NCBI GenBank assembly: GCA_028287105.1
Contig: JAQBQH010000154.1
Location: 28,095-92,094 of the forward strand
DNA: 64,000 nt
Source: Myxococcales bacterium
GTDB lineage: Bacteria > Myxococcota_A > Polyangia > Palsa-1104
Direction of reading: 5' to 3'
Shown: positions 28,311 through 37,325 of the stretch, in pieces
How positions within the stretch are numbered: position 1 is the stretch's first letter
Layout of the letters: every line of letters begins with the position of its first letter
Notes under the pieces: model-generated
Told to the model about the DNA's origin: nothing
What the model saw: only the letters and a program-made list of their open reading frames with translations
The model's database searches: none
Made by a program: the position numbers and the translations under genes

Positions 28311-28946
28311 ATGCAGCCCATGCGACTGACGTTCTTGCCGCTGCTCTGCGCCGTCGCCGGTTGCGGCTACAGCTCGCAGTACACGGCGCCCACCGATGGC
28401 CGGCCGCGCGCGGTCTGGAAGAGCGACCACGTCGCGCTCGAGGCGGCCGGGGCGCCGCTCTCGGCGGCGTGCTTGCAGGAGATCGCCGCGTTCACCGACT
28501 CCGAAGCGCTGCACCTCGCGACCGGCGACTTCGCGCTGGCGCCGGCGCCGCGGCCGAACGTGGCGCCCTTCATCGTCGCTGCGGCGATTTGGACGCCGCG
28601 CTTCTACGGGCCGCGCATCGTGGTGCCGCGTCCAGGCCTGGCGCCGATCTTCCCGCATCCGCCGCTGTTCCTGCCGCCGCGTGCGCTCGTGGTGCCGGCG
28701 CCGCGACCGCTCGCCGTCGGTGCGCCGGCGGGCGGCTCCGGTGCGCGCATCGGCGACGGTGACGGCCGCATGTGGGCCATCCTCGCCGCGGTCGCGCTCG
28801 TCGTCATGCCCGCGGTGGCGCTCGGTCTGGCGCTCTCGCGCCCGGAGGACAGCGACACCAACGCCGAGGCGATCGATCAGGTCAACGTCTACAACGATCT
28901 GCTGCGCAGCGCCGGGTCGCCGTGCGCCGCCTGGGCTGGGTCGTGA
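28311..28946 (+). CDS. Pro-rich lipoprotein, hypothetical
   Basis: Lipobox LLCAVAGCG. A Pro-rich middle region, a C-terminal TM helix and a motif VNVYNDLLRSAG shared with the next gene. Confidence 0.5.
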   Translation: MQPMRLTFLPLLCAVAGCGYSSQYTAPTDGRPRAVWKSDHVALEAAGAPLSAACLQEIAAFTDSEALHLATGDFALAPAPRPNVAPFIVAAAIWTPRFYGPRIVVPRPGLAPIFPHPPLFLPPRALVVPAPRPLAVGAPAGGSGARIGDGDGRMWAILAAVALVVMPAVALGLALSRPEDSDTNAEAIDQVNVYNDLLRSAGSPCAAWAGS

Positions 28947-29500
28947 AGGCGCTCGCGCTCCTCCTCGTCGTCGCTGCCGGCTGCGCCGAGACGAGCTATC
29001 ACGCGCAAGTGGTCGCGCGCGGCGAGCTCACGCTCCAGTACCATCGCAACTACGAGATGTGGGCCGGCGGCCAGAAGGTCACGCGCGGCCTCGGCTGGCG
29101 CGGCCTCGAGGAGTACGTCGGCTGCGTCGGCGCCGCGCGCGAGCAGGCGATCCAGGCGCGCAGCCGCGGCCGGGCGAGCGTCGCGCTGGCAGCGACGAGC
29201 GGAGCCCTCGCGGTCGTGTCGCTCGGCGGCCTCGTTGGCTTCGCCGACACCGATCATCAGTGGCAGTGGCTCGGCAGCGGTCTCGCCGTCGCCGGCGTGG
29301 CGGTGATCCTCGCCGGCACCAGCCGCGCGCTGCGCAACCAGTCGAACGGCCACGCCGTCGACGCCATGAACTTCTACAACGACACGGTGGGCGCGCTCGG
29401 CGCCACCTGCGCCGACCTCAGCTATCCGGAGCCCGCTGCTGGCGGCCCACCGACGGAGATCAACCCCGCCAGTGAGTCGCCAGCGCCAGGTGACCGCTGA
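28943..29500 (+). CDS. Lipoprotein, hypothetical; paralog-like to the upstream gene
   Basis: GTG start overlaps the upstream stop (GTGA). Lipobox LLVVAAGCA. C-terminal motif MNFYNDTVGALG. Two TM-like segments. Confidence 0.5.
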   Translation: MKALALLLVVAAGCAETSYHAQVVARGELTLQYHRNYEMWAGGQKVTRGLGWRGLEEYVGCVGAAREQAIQARSRGRASVALAATSGALAVVSLGGLVGFADTDHQWQWLGSGLAVAGVAVILAGTSRALRNQSNGHAVDAMNFYNDTVGALGATCADLSYPEPAAGGPPTEINPASESPAPGDR

Positions 29501-29870
29501 CGTCGTCTTCGCGCGCGCGCACCTGCGCCTCGACGGTGGCCGCGACCCAGTCGCGCAACATCCGCAGGTGGCGCGAGGCCGCGGCGACGAGCCGCACGCC
29601 GGTGGTCCGCACGCCCGGCGCGCCCTCGGCGGCGCGGCGATAGCGGTCGAAGCAGACCTCGCCCTTGGCCCAGATGATCTCGTCGGCGCCGGGCAGCTCG
29701 AACTCGAGCTGCACGATGCGGCCGTCGCGGCGGCCGAGCAGCGGCCGCTCCAGGCGGACCCCACCGGGGGAGAGCTCGACGAGGACGCCGAAGTGCTCGC
29801 GGTCGTCCACCACCTCGCTGCACAGGGTCTCGACGGGGATTCGGGGATCGAGTCGTTTCCAGAGTTGCAT
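29460..29870 (-). CDS. PilZ-domain-like protein (c-di-GMP-binding fold), putative
   Basis: Start MQLWKRLDPRIP. The KRLDPR (RxxxR-like) and ELSPGG (D/N-x-S-x-G-G) signatures fit PilZ. The 3' end overlaps the convergent lipoprotein gene by ~41 nt. Confidence 0.45.
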   Translation of the reverse strand: MQLWKRLDPRIPVETLCSEVVDDREHFGVLVELSPGGVRLERPLLGRRDGRIVQLEFELPGADEIIWAKGEVCFDRYRRAAEGAPGVRTTGVRLVAAASRHLRMLRDWVAATVEAQVRAREDDVSGHLALATHWRG

Positions 29871-30071
29871 GTAGGTAATTGTAAGCGAGTGTGGGTGAGA
29901 GTTCAAGTTTCGCGCTCTTCTTCGACGACGGGCGCCGGCGTCTCGGGGCAACCGACCCTGGGGAGAGCCCCACCCGGTTCGCGGGATCACGTGTCAACGG
30001 ATCGCGACAATCCGACCAGTTAGCTCGCTCGAAGGGCTGGTACGGCGGCTGCTTTGGGAGCAGTCAATCCA

Positions 30072-31280
30072 ATGCGTCGTGTCCGGGTTTCACGTCGACT
30101 GAGCGCTCTGGCCACCATCGTGGTCGTGGCCTCGATCGTCCCGGCCTCGCTGGCGCTGCGCTCCAAACCCCCCGCCGACTGGCGCGCCGCCATCCGCACG
30201 CTGCAGCCGCGCGCCGAGGCCGGTCGCCTCGTGCAGCCGCTCTCCGACGGCGGCCGCGTCGAGCTCACGCTCATCCCCGAGTTGCAACGCGCCGCCGAGC
30301 GGCTCCTCGCCGAAGCCGATCCCATCCAGGGCTCGGCCGTCATGGTCTCGATCCACGATGGCCGCGTGCTGGCGCTGGCCGGCCGCAACCGCGCCACCGC
30401 CGGCACCAACGATCCCTCGCTCGCCACCACCGCGTGGGCGCCCGCCGCGTCGGTGTTCAAGCTCGTCACCACCGCGGCGCTGCTCGACGCCGGCCTCCAC
30501 GCCGACACGCGCGTCTGCTACCACGGCGGGGTCCACAGCGTCGAAGCCGACAACCTCGAAGATCATCCCGCCGCCGACGGCCGCTGCAAGTCGCTCGGCT
30601 ACGGCCTCGCAAAATCGCAGAACGCGATCATCGCGCGGCTCGCCCACGATTATCTGGACCCGGCGGCGCTCGAGCGCAGCGCCACCGCGTTCGGCTTCGG
30701 CACCGCTCCCGCGTTCGAGCTCCCGACGGCGGCGTCGACGCTGACCCTGCCGGCGGATGGGCTCGGCTTCGCGCGCACCGCCGCCGGATTCTGGAACTCC
30801 AAGCTCTCGGCGCTCCACGGTGCGATGGTCGCCGCGACGATCGCCCGCGGCGGCGAGAGCGTCGATCCGCGCCTCGTCGAGCGCGTCCTCGACGGCAACG
30901 GCCGCGTCATGCCGCTGCCCGCCGCCGCTGCCCCGCGCCGCGCGCTCGACGCCGACACGGCGCGCGAGCTGGGGCTCATGATGGTCGGCACCACCGAGTG
31001 GGGCTCGGCCACGCGCGCCTTCCGCGATCCTTCGACGCACCGCCGCCGCCTCGCCGGCGTGCGCGTCGCCGGCAAGACCGGCACGCTCACCGGCAAGGAT
31101 CCCGCGCTCGCCTACTCGTGGTTCGTCGGCTTCGCGCCGGCCGACAAGCCGGAGGTCGCATTCGCGGTGCTGCTCGGCCGCGCCGACGAGGCCGACATCC
31201 GCGCCGCCGAGGTCGCCCGCGCGCTGCTTGCGACCTGGCTCACTACCGAAAGCATTTCTCCGCTCGTCGCCGCTCGCTGA
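30072..31280 (+). CDS. Membrane-anchored penicillin-binding-protein transpeptidase / serine beta-lactamase fold protein
   Basis: N-terminal TM LSALATIVVVASIV. Active-site triad motifs SVFK (SxxK), SQN (SxN) and KTGT (KTG) occur at canonical spacing. Confidence 0.7.
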   Translation: MRRVRVSRRLSALATIVVVASIVPASLALRSKPPADWRAAIRTLQPRAEAGRLVQPLSDGGRVELTLIPELQRAAERLLAEADPIQGSAVMVSIHDGRVLALAGRNRATAGTNDPSLATTAWAPAASVFKLVTTAALLDAGLHADTRVCYHGGVHSVEADNLEDHPAADGRCKSLGYGLAKSQNAIIARLAHDYLDPAALERSATAFGFGTAPAFELPTAASTLTLPADGLGFARTAAGFWNSKLSALHGAMVAATIARGGESVDPRLVERVLDGNGRVMPLPAAAAPRRALDADTARELGLMMVGTTEWGSATRAFRDPSTHRRRLAGVRVAGKTGTLTGKDPALAYSWFVGFAPADKPEVAFAVLLGRADEADIRAAEVARALLATWLTTESISPLVAAR

Positions 31281-31300
31281 TCTGTTAGTGTCCGCGACCC

Positions 31301-32092
31301 ATGCGCTATACGATTGTTGCGTTTCTCGTCGCTGCCGGCTGCAGCGTGGCCAAGGTTCCCGTCGACGATGACGTCACCGCCGCGTTCACGGCCGACGTAA
31401 AGGCCGATCTGCCGACCAACACGAAGTTCCTCGGCGATCTCGGTCGCTCGCCGGCGCCGCAGTTCCCCGTGCTCTATACGAAGAAGCCGAAGTATCGGTC
31501 GGTCGCCTTCTGGGCCACGGCCGGCGACGTCTACGACATCTGGGTCACGTCGACGGACGGCGACGCCATCGTCTGGCTGATGGACTTCCAGGGCAACGTC
31601 ATCGCGTCGGACGACGACGCGTCGAGCGACACGACCGACGCGCACATCCACGCGACGCTCGGTCCGTCGAACGGCCACTACTTCATCTACTTTCGCGAGT
31701 ACGCGGGCCGGCGCGCGCACCTGAGCGTCACGGCGACGGGCGGCCATCCGGCCGACGCGACCGGCGAGGCCGAGCGCGCGTGGGACGCCGCCTCCACCGA
31801 CGACGCAACGCTCGCCGCCGACGCCGTCGCAGCGACCTCGCTGCCGGCCGTGGCCAAGGTGCGCTACGACAAGCTCGCCGCGAAGTTCGGCGGCGCGCAC
31901 TCGTGGAAGATGAAGAGCATCGACGGCCGCGCGAGCTACTTCGTCATCGGCGCCAGCGTCGAAGAGATCTTCTGGATCGACATCTACGACGCCGCCGGCG
32001 CGTTCGTCGTGCACGGCGCGAGTGGCGATGGCGGCTGGCAGATGACCTTCTGGGGCGCACCGCAGCCGTGGGATCCGAGCGGCTCCATCTAG
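31301..32092 (+). CDS. Lipoprotein, hypothetical
   Basis: Lipobox FLVAAGCS. Asp/Ser-rich acidic segments. No recognisable catalytic motif. Confidence 0.5.
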   Translation: MRYTIVAFLVAAGCSVAKVPVDDDVTAAFTADVKADLPTNTKFLGDLGRSPAPQFPVLYTKKPKYRSVAFWATAGDVYDIWVTSTDGDAIVWLMDFQGNVIASDDDASSDTTDAHIHATLGPSNGHYFIYFREYAGRRAHLSVTATGGHPADATGEAERAWDAASTDDATLAADAVAATSLPAVAKVRYDKLAAKFGGAHSWKMKSIDGRASYFVIGASVEEIFWIDIYDAAGAFVVHGASGDGGWQMTFWGAPQPWDPSGSI

Positions 32093-32178
32093 ATCGCAAT
32101 CCCCGCCTCGACTTCGCCGCCTCGCCCATAAGATAGAACCCGCGCGCGACCGAAGTGTCGATATTGTTGCGTGAAAAA

Positions 32179-32207
32179 CCAATTCAACAGCGATTATTTC
32201 GAATTGG
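32179..32207. promoter_or_regulatory. Perfect 7-bp inverted repeat CCAATTC-N15-GAATTGG in an AT-rich island upstream of the ilv-leu operon
   Basis: The local AT-rich stretch (32150-32270) stands out against GC-rich surroundings. The palindrome is a candidate regulator-binding site. Confidence 0.4.
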
Positions 32208-32237
32208 TAAATTCGTGATCCTTTCGCACGGCCCAGC

Positions 32238-32265
32238 TTGACGCCATGCGTAAACTGGCTAAGAT
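32238..32265 (+). promoter_or_regulatory. Candidate sigma70-type promoter (TTGACG, 16-nt spacer, TAAGAT)
   Basis: Hexamers at 32238-32243 and 32260-32265. This is tentative because there are several alternative hexamers in the AT-rich island. Confidence 0.3.
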
Positions 32266-32407
32266 TAGCCCCGTGAGCGAGGCAGCCTTCAGCCGCAACT
32301 TCTTCGGGCTCCCCGTCGGGCAGTGCGCCGCGACGGGTTCGCTGCTTTCGATTATTGGGCTCGTACTTATTGGCGACATCGTCGCCAGGTGCGGGCCGCC
32401 GACTTAA
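32246..32407 (+). CDS. Putative ilv-leu leader peptide (53 aa from ATG 32246; in-frame alternative GTG 32273). It ends with a Leu/Ile/Val-rich run.
   Basis: ...TGSLLSIIGLVLIGDIVARCGPPT*. The tail contains 11 branched-chain codons out of 16. The stop is 24 nt before the hairpin-plus-T-run. It is absent from the ORF track because it is shorter than about 60 aa. Confidence 0.45.
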   Translation: MRKLAKISPVSEAAFSRNFFGLPVGQCAATGSLLSIIGLVLIGDIVARCGPPT

Positions 32408-32430
32408 CCAAGTCCTCGGAAACCTGATTC

Positions 32431-32470
32431 AGCCCCCGCCCTGGTGATACGGAGCGGGGGCTTTTTTTTG
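32431..32470 (+). terminator. Intrinsic terminator / attenuator hairpin (gcccccgc...gcgggggc plus T8)
   Basis: 8-bp GC stem with a 14-nt loop followed by tttttttt. It lies between the leader ORF and the ilvD start. Confidence 0.6.
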
Positions 32471-32491
32471 GGCTCGATTCGGAGGTTCGGT

Positions 32492-34138
32492 TTGCGTAGC
32501 GATGTGTTGAAGAAGGGACTCTCGAGAGCGCCGGCGCGCGCGATGTTGCGCGCCACCGGCCTCGACGACGCCGATCTCGAGAAGCCGCTGGTGGCGGTGG
32601 TCTCGACGTGGACCGACGTCATGCCGTGCAACCTGCACCTGCGCGAGCTGCAGGCGGCGGTGTGCGAAGGCGTGCGCGCGGCGGGTGCCACGCCGGTGCA
32701 GTTCAACACCATCGCGGTGTCGGACGGCATCGCCATGGGCACCGACGGCATGGAGGCGTCGCTGGTCTCGCGCGAGGTCATCGCCGATTCGATGGAGCTG
32801 GTCGCGCTCGGCCACATGGTCGACGGCATCGTCGGGCTGACCGGGTGCGACAAGACCATCCCCGCCGCCGCGATGGCGATGGCGCGCCTCGATCTGCCAT
32901 CGGTGCTGCTCTACGGCGGACCGATCCAGCCCGGCCGCTGGCAGGGGCGGGACGTCACCATCCAGGACGTCTTCGAGGCCGTCGGAGCGTGCGCGGCGGG
33001 CAAGCTCGACGAGAAGGAGCTCTGTGAGCTCGAGCGCAGCGCCTGTCCGGGCGCCGGCGCGTGCGGCGGTCAGTTCACCGCCAACACGATGGCGCTGGCG
33101 ATGACGATGATGGGCCTGTCGCCGTTCGGCGCCAACGAAGTCCCCGCCACCGCCGAGGACAAGCGCGCGCAGGCGCGCCGCTGCGGCGAGCTGGTCGTCG
33201 GGCTCGTCCAGCGCCAGGAAGGGGCGCGCAAGTTCATCACGCGCGCCTCCTTGACCAACGCCGTTGCCGCCGCCGCCGCCAGCGCCGGATCGACGAACGC
33301 GGTCCTGCATCTCTTGGCCATCGCGGCCGAGGCCGAGGTCGAGCTGTCGCTCGAGGACATCGACGCCGCGGCCGCGCGCACGCCGGTCATCGCCGATCTG
33401 AAGCCGGGCGGCCGGTACACCGCGGTCGATCTGTGGCGCACCGGCGGCGCGGCCACGATGACGCGCACGCTCCTCGAGGGCGGCTTCGTCAGCGACGTCC
33501 CGACGGTGACCGGGCGCAGCCTCGCCGCCGAGGCCGCCGAAGCGCCGCGCGGTGTGTTGTCGCCCGAGGTGGTGCGCCCGCTCGACCGCGCGCTCAAGCC
33601 GCGCGGCGGCTTCGCCATCTTGCGCGGCTCGTTGTCGCCCGACGGCTGCGTCGTCAAGCTCGCCGGTGCCGGCCGGCAGAGCTTCGAGGGTCCGGCGCGG
33701 GTCTTCGATCGCGAAGAGGCTGCCTTCGCCGCGGTGCAGGCGGGCACGATCCAGAAGGGCGACGTCATGGTCATCCGCGGCGAAGGTCCCGTCGGTGGGC
33801 CCGGCATGCGCGAGATGCTGGGCGTGACGGCGGCGCTGGTCGGCCGCGGCCTCGGCGACGACGTGGCGCTGGTGACCGACGGTCGCTTCTCGGGCGCCAC
33901 GCACGGGCTCATGGTCGGTCACATCTCGCCCGAGGCGGCGCTCGGCGGACCGATCGCGCGCATCAAGGACGGCGACCGCGTGCGCATCGATGTCGAATCG
34001 CGACGGCTCGACGTCGACGCCGATCTGTCGGCGCGCCGCGACGCCTATCACGGCCGGGCCCGCCCGCGCGGGGTGCTCGGCAAGTACGCAGCAACGGTCT
34101 CTTCGGCGTCACTAGGCGCCGTTACCACCCGGAGGTGA
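32492..34138 (+). CDS. ilvD: Dihydroxy-acid dehydratase
   Basis: GGAGG-N6-TTG start gives [23 protein letters not shown], which aligns with the IlvD N-terminus. CNLHL / TGCDKT (Cys ligand region) motifs. Confidence 0.9.
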   Translation: MRSDVLKKGLSRAPARAMLRATGLDDADLEKPLVAVVSTWTDVMPCNLHLRELQAAVCEGVRAAGATPVQFNTIAVSDGIAMGTDGMEASLVSREVIADSMELVALGHMVDGIVGLTGCDKTIPAAAMAMARLDLPSVLLYGGPIQPGRWQGRDVTIQDVFEAVGACAAGKLDEKELCELERSACPGAGACGGQFTANTMALAMTMMGLSPFGANEVPATAEDKRAQARRCGELVVGLVQRQEGARKFITRASLTNAVAAAAASAGSTNAVLHLLAIAAEAEVELSLEDIDAAAARTPVIADLKPGGRYTAVDLWRTGGAATMTRTLLEGGFVSDVPTVTGRSLAAEAAEAPRGVLSPEVVRPLDRALKPRGGFAILRGSLSPDGCVVKLAGAGRQSFEGPARVFDREEAAFAAVQAGTIQKGDVMVIRGEGPVGGPGMREMLGVTAALVGRGLGDDVALVTDGRFSGATHGLMVGHISPEAALGGPIARIKDGDRVRIDVESRRLDVDADLSARRDAYHGRARPRGVLGKYAATVSSASLGAVTTRR

Positions 34139-34140
34139 GC

Positions 34141-34284
34141 CATGAGCGATGAAGACGACAAGCAGGGTCGCGACCACGAAGACACCGCACCGTTTGCCCG
34201 CGAAGAGGAGCTCAGGCGGGAGCAGGAGCACGAGCCCCTGAGCGGCTGTGACGTCGAGCATTGCCAACGGATGCACGAGTAAAG
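34141..34284 (+). CDS. Small acidic ORF (47 aa) with strong RBS between ilvD and ilvB
   Basis: GGAGG 5 nt upstream of the ATG. MSDEDDKQGRDHEDTAPFAREEELRREQEHEPLSGCDVEHCQRMHE. The C-terminus is C-x3-H-C-x3-H. GC3 is lower than in neighbouring genes. Confidence 0.35.
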
Positions 34285-34291
34285 GCGACGT

Positions 34292-35996
34292 GAGCCAACC
34301 CACCATGAAACGCACGGGCGCGCAGATCGTTTGGGAAGTGTTGACCGAGGAGAAGGTCGACGTCGTCTTCGGATATCCGGGCGGCGCGATCATGCCGGTA
34401 TACGACGCGATGCTCGGCTACCAGGTGCACCACGTGCTGGTGCGCCACGAGCAGGGCGCCGCGCACATGGCCGACGGCTACGCGCGGGCGTCGGGTCGGG
34501 TCGGCGTGGCGCTGGCGACGTCGGGGCCGGGGGCGACCAACCTCGTCACCGGGATCGCGACGGCGATGCTCGATTCGTCGCCGATCGTCTGCATCACGGG
34601 GCAGGTGCCGTCGAAGCTGCTCGGGTCGGACGCGTTTCAGGAGACCGACATCACCGGCGTGACGCTGCCGATTACGAAGCACAACTTCCTGGTGACGCGG
34701 GTCGACGAGATCGCGCCGACCTTGCGGCAGGCGTTCGCCATCGCACGCAGCGGACGGCCGGGGCCGGTGCTGGTCGACATCACCAAGGATGCGCAGCAGG
34801 CGACGTGCGAGTACGAGGCGCCGACGGTGGCGGTGCAGACAGGGCGCGCGTTGACCCGGGAGCTCGAGCAGGAGCTCTTGCGCGCCCAGGAGATGATCGA
34901 CGCGGCGGAGCGTCCGCTCCTGCTCGTCGGTCAGGGTGTCGTGCAGTCGGGCGCGGCGCTGGCGGTCAAGGCGCTCGCCGAGAAGGGCGACATTCCCGTC
35001 GCTGCCACGCTGCTGGGGCTGGGCGCCTTTCCCGCGACCCATCCGCTGGCGCTCGGCATGATGGGCATGCACGGCGAGGCGTGGGTCAACCACGCGATCC
35101 AGGAAGCCGACCTCATCGTGGCGCTCGGCATGCGCTTCGACGATCGCGTGACCGGCGATCCCAAGAAGTTCGCCGCCAACGCCAAGAAGATTCACGTCGA
35201 GATCGATCGCGCCGAGATCAACAAGACGGTGCGCGTCGATCTGCCGATCGTCGCCGACCTGCGCAGCGTCGCGGGGCAGCTCATGGAGCGGGTGGCGACG
35301 CGCACGCGCTCAGAGTGGCGCGCGCGCATCGGCGCGATGCGGGCCGCGGCCGCCGATCGCGACATCTTGAAGCGCGACGACGACGGCCGGCTGCACGCGG
35401 CGCACGTCATCGACGAGCTGTGGCGCTCGACCGCGGGCGGCGCGCTCGTCGTCACCGACGTCGGGCAGCACCAGATGTGGGAGGCGCAGTACTACAAGCA
35501 CGAGCGGCCGCGGTCGCTGGTCACCTCGGGCGGCCTCGGCACGATGGGCTTCGCGCTGCCGGCGGCGATCGGCGCCCGCTTCGCGCGGCCCGACGACGAG
35601 ATCTGGGTGGTCGTCGGTGACGGCGGCTTTCAGATGACCGCCTGCGAGCTGTCGACCTGCGCGCAGGAGGGGCTGAAGATCAACATCGCGATCATCAACA
35701 ACGGCTTTCTCGGCATGGTGCGGCAGTGGCAGGAGATGTTCTACGACCGCCGCTACGCCGCCACGCCGATGCTGAGCCCCGACTTCGTCAAGCTGGCCGA
35801 AGCGCATGGCCTCGCGGGACTGCGCGCGTCGGAGCGCAAGGATCTGGTCGGCGTCATCGCCGAGGCGCGCCAGAAGCCAGGCACCGTGGTGGTCGACTTC
35901 CGCGTCTCCGCCGAGGAGAACGTCTACCCGATGGTCCCGTCGGGCGGCGACATCGGCGAGATGATCCGCCGGCCGCAGCACGCGAGGGTCGCATGA
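34292..35996 (+). CDS. ilvB: Acetolactate synthase large subunit
   Basis: TPP enzyme motifs [28 protein letters not shown] and GDGGFQMT. The start is uncertain (GTG 34292 or ATG 34307). Confidence 0.9.
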
Positions 35997-36349
35997 GCGC
36001 CAAGGGATCCGCTCAACCGGCGCCGGCAGCGCCGGCGACACCGCAGGCGCAGTCGCTGCGCACGTTCATCCTGTACGTCGCCGACAAGCCGGGCGTCCTC
36101 GATCGCGTGGCGTCGCTGTTCCGCCGCCGCGCCTTCAACATCGAAGCGCTGACCGTCGCGCGCACCGAGCGCAGCGGCATCTCGCGCATGCTCGTCGAAG
36201 TGCGCGCCACCGACGACGAGGCCCGTCGCCTCGTCGCCAATATGTACAAGCTCTACGACGTCGTCTCAGTCACCGACATCACGCTCACCGAAGAGGAGAA
36301 TTCCAAATGGCACAAGTCTTCTACGACAACGACGCGGACCTCGAGCTAG
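35993..36349 (+). CDS. ilvN: Acetolactate synthase small (regulatory) subunit, short ACT-domain form
   Basis: ATGA overlap with the ilvB stop. ACT-domain sequence [33 protein letters not shown]. The 3' end overlaps ilvC by 43 nt. Confidence 0.75.
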   Translation: MSAKGSAQPAPAAPATPQAQSLRTFILYVADKPGVLDRVASLFRRRAFNIEALTVARTERSGISRMLVEVRATDDEARRLVANMYKLYDVVSVTDITLTEEENSKWHKSSTTTTRTSS

Positions 36350-37320
36350 TCAAGGCGCGCAAGGTCGCGGTCGTCGGCTACGGCTCGCAAGGCCACGCCC
36401 ACGCGCTGAACCTCCGCGACTCCGGCGTCGACGTACGCGTCGCGCTCCTGCCGGGATCGCGCCGCCGCCCCGTCGCCGAGAAGCTCGGCTTCACCGTCGA
36501 GACGCCGGCCGCGGCCGCGGCCTGGGCCGACGTCATCGTCATCCTGGCGCCCGACACCGCGCAGCCGACGCTGTGGGCGGAGTCGATCGCGCCGCAGCTG
36601 CGCCCGGGGCAGACCATCGTCTTCGCGCATGGCTTCAACATCCGCTTCGGCGGCATCGTTCCGCCGCCCAAGGTCGACGTCGTCCTCGTCGCTCCCAAGG
36701 GTCCCGGACATCGCGTGCGCGAGACCTACGCCGAAGGCGGCGGTGTGCCGGCGCTCGTCGCGGTCCATCAGGATGCCAGCGGCCAGGCGCACCAGATGGC
36801 GCTCTCGTACGCCAAGGGCATCGGCGCCACCCGCGCCGGCGCGCTCGCGACCACGTTCGCGGAGGAGACCGAGACCGATCTCTTCGGCGAGCAGGCCGTC
36901 CTGTGCGGCGGGCTCTCGGAGCTGGTCAAGGCCGGCTTCCAGACGCTGACCGAAGCGGGCTACCAGCCCGAGGTCGCCTACTTCGAGTGCCTCCACGAGC
37001 TCAAGCTGATCGTCGATCTCATGTATCGCGGCGGGCTCAACTACATGCGCCACTCGGTGAGCGACACCGCCGAATGGGGTGACTACGTCGCCGGCAAGCG
37101 CCTGATCGACAAGAACGTGCGCGCCGAGATGAAGAAGCTGCTCGAGGAGATCCAGTCGGGCAAGTTCGCCAAGGAGTGGATGGCCGAGCACCAGACGGGC
37201 CGAAAGCAGTTCGAAGCGACACGCAACAGCGAGCGGGAGCAGCCGGTCGAGGTCGTGGGACGGAAGCTTCGCAAGATGATGCCGTTCCTCGACGCTGTGA
37301 CCCTGACGCCCGGAGACTGA
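36307..37320 (+). CDS. ilvC: Ketol-acid reductoisomerase (class I)
   Basis: GAGGAG RBS. The N-terminus [40 protein letters not shown] is canonical for class I KARI. Confidence 0.95.
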   Translation: MAQVFYDNDADLELVKARKVAVVGYGSQGHAHALNLRDSGVDVRVALLPGSRRRPVAEKLGFTVETPAAAAAWADVIVILAPDTAQPTLWAESIAPQLRPGQTIVFAHGFNIRFGGIVPPPKVDVVLVAPKGPGHRVRETYAEGGGVPALVAVHQDASGQAHQMALSYAKGIGATRAGALATTFAEETETDLFGEQAVLCGGLSELVKAGFQTLTEAGYQPEVAYFECLHELKLIVDLMYRGGLNYMRHSVSDTAEWGDYVAGKRLIDKNVRAEMKKLLEEIQSGKFAKEWMAEHQTGRKQFEATRNSEREQPVEVVGRKLRKMMPFLDAVTLTPGD

Positions 37321-37325
37321 TCACC

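Noticed and set aside
32429-34152. 540-aa minus ORF and 363-aa + ORF over ilvD; similar shadow ORFs over ilvB, ilvC, leuA, leuC, cimA and leuB (e.g. 34212..35195 -, 37482..38429 -, 40646..42406 -, 42274..43419 -, 42684..44231 +)
   Set aside because: Each overlaps a biosynthetic gene whose frame is confirmed by near-collinear similarity to well-known enzymes.
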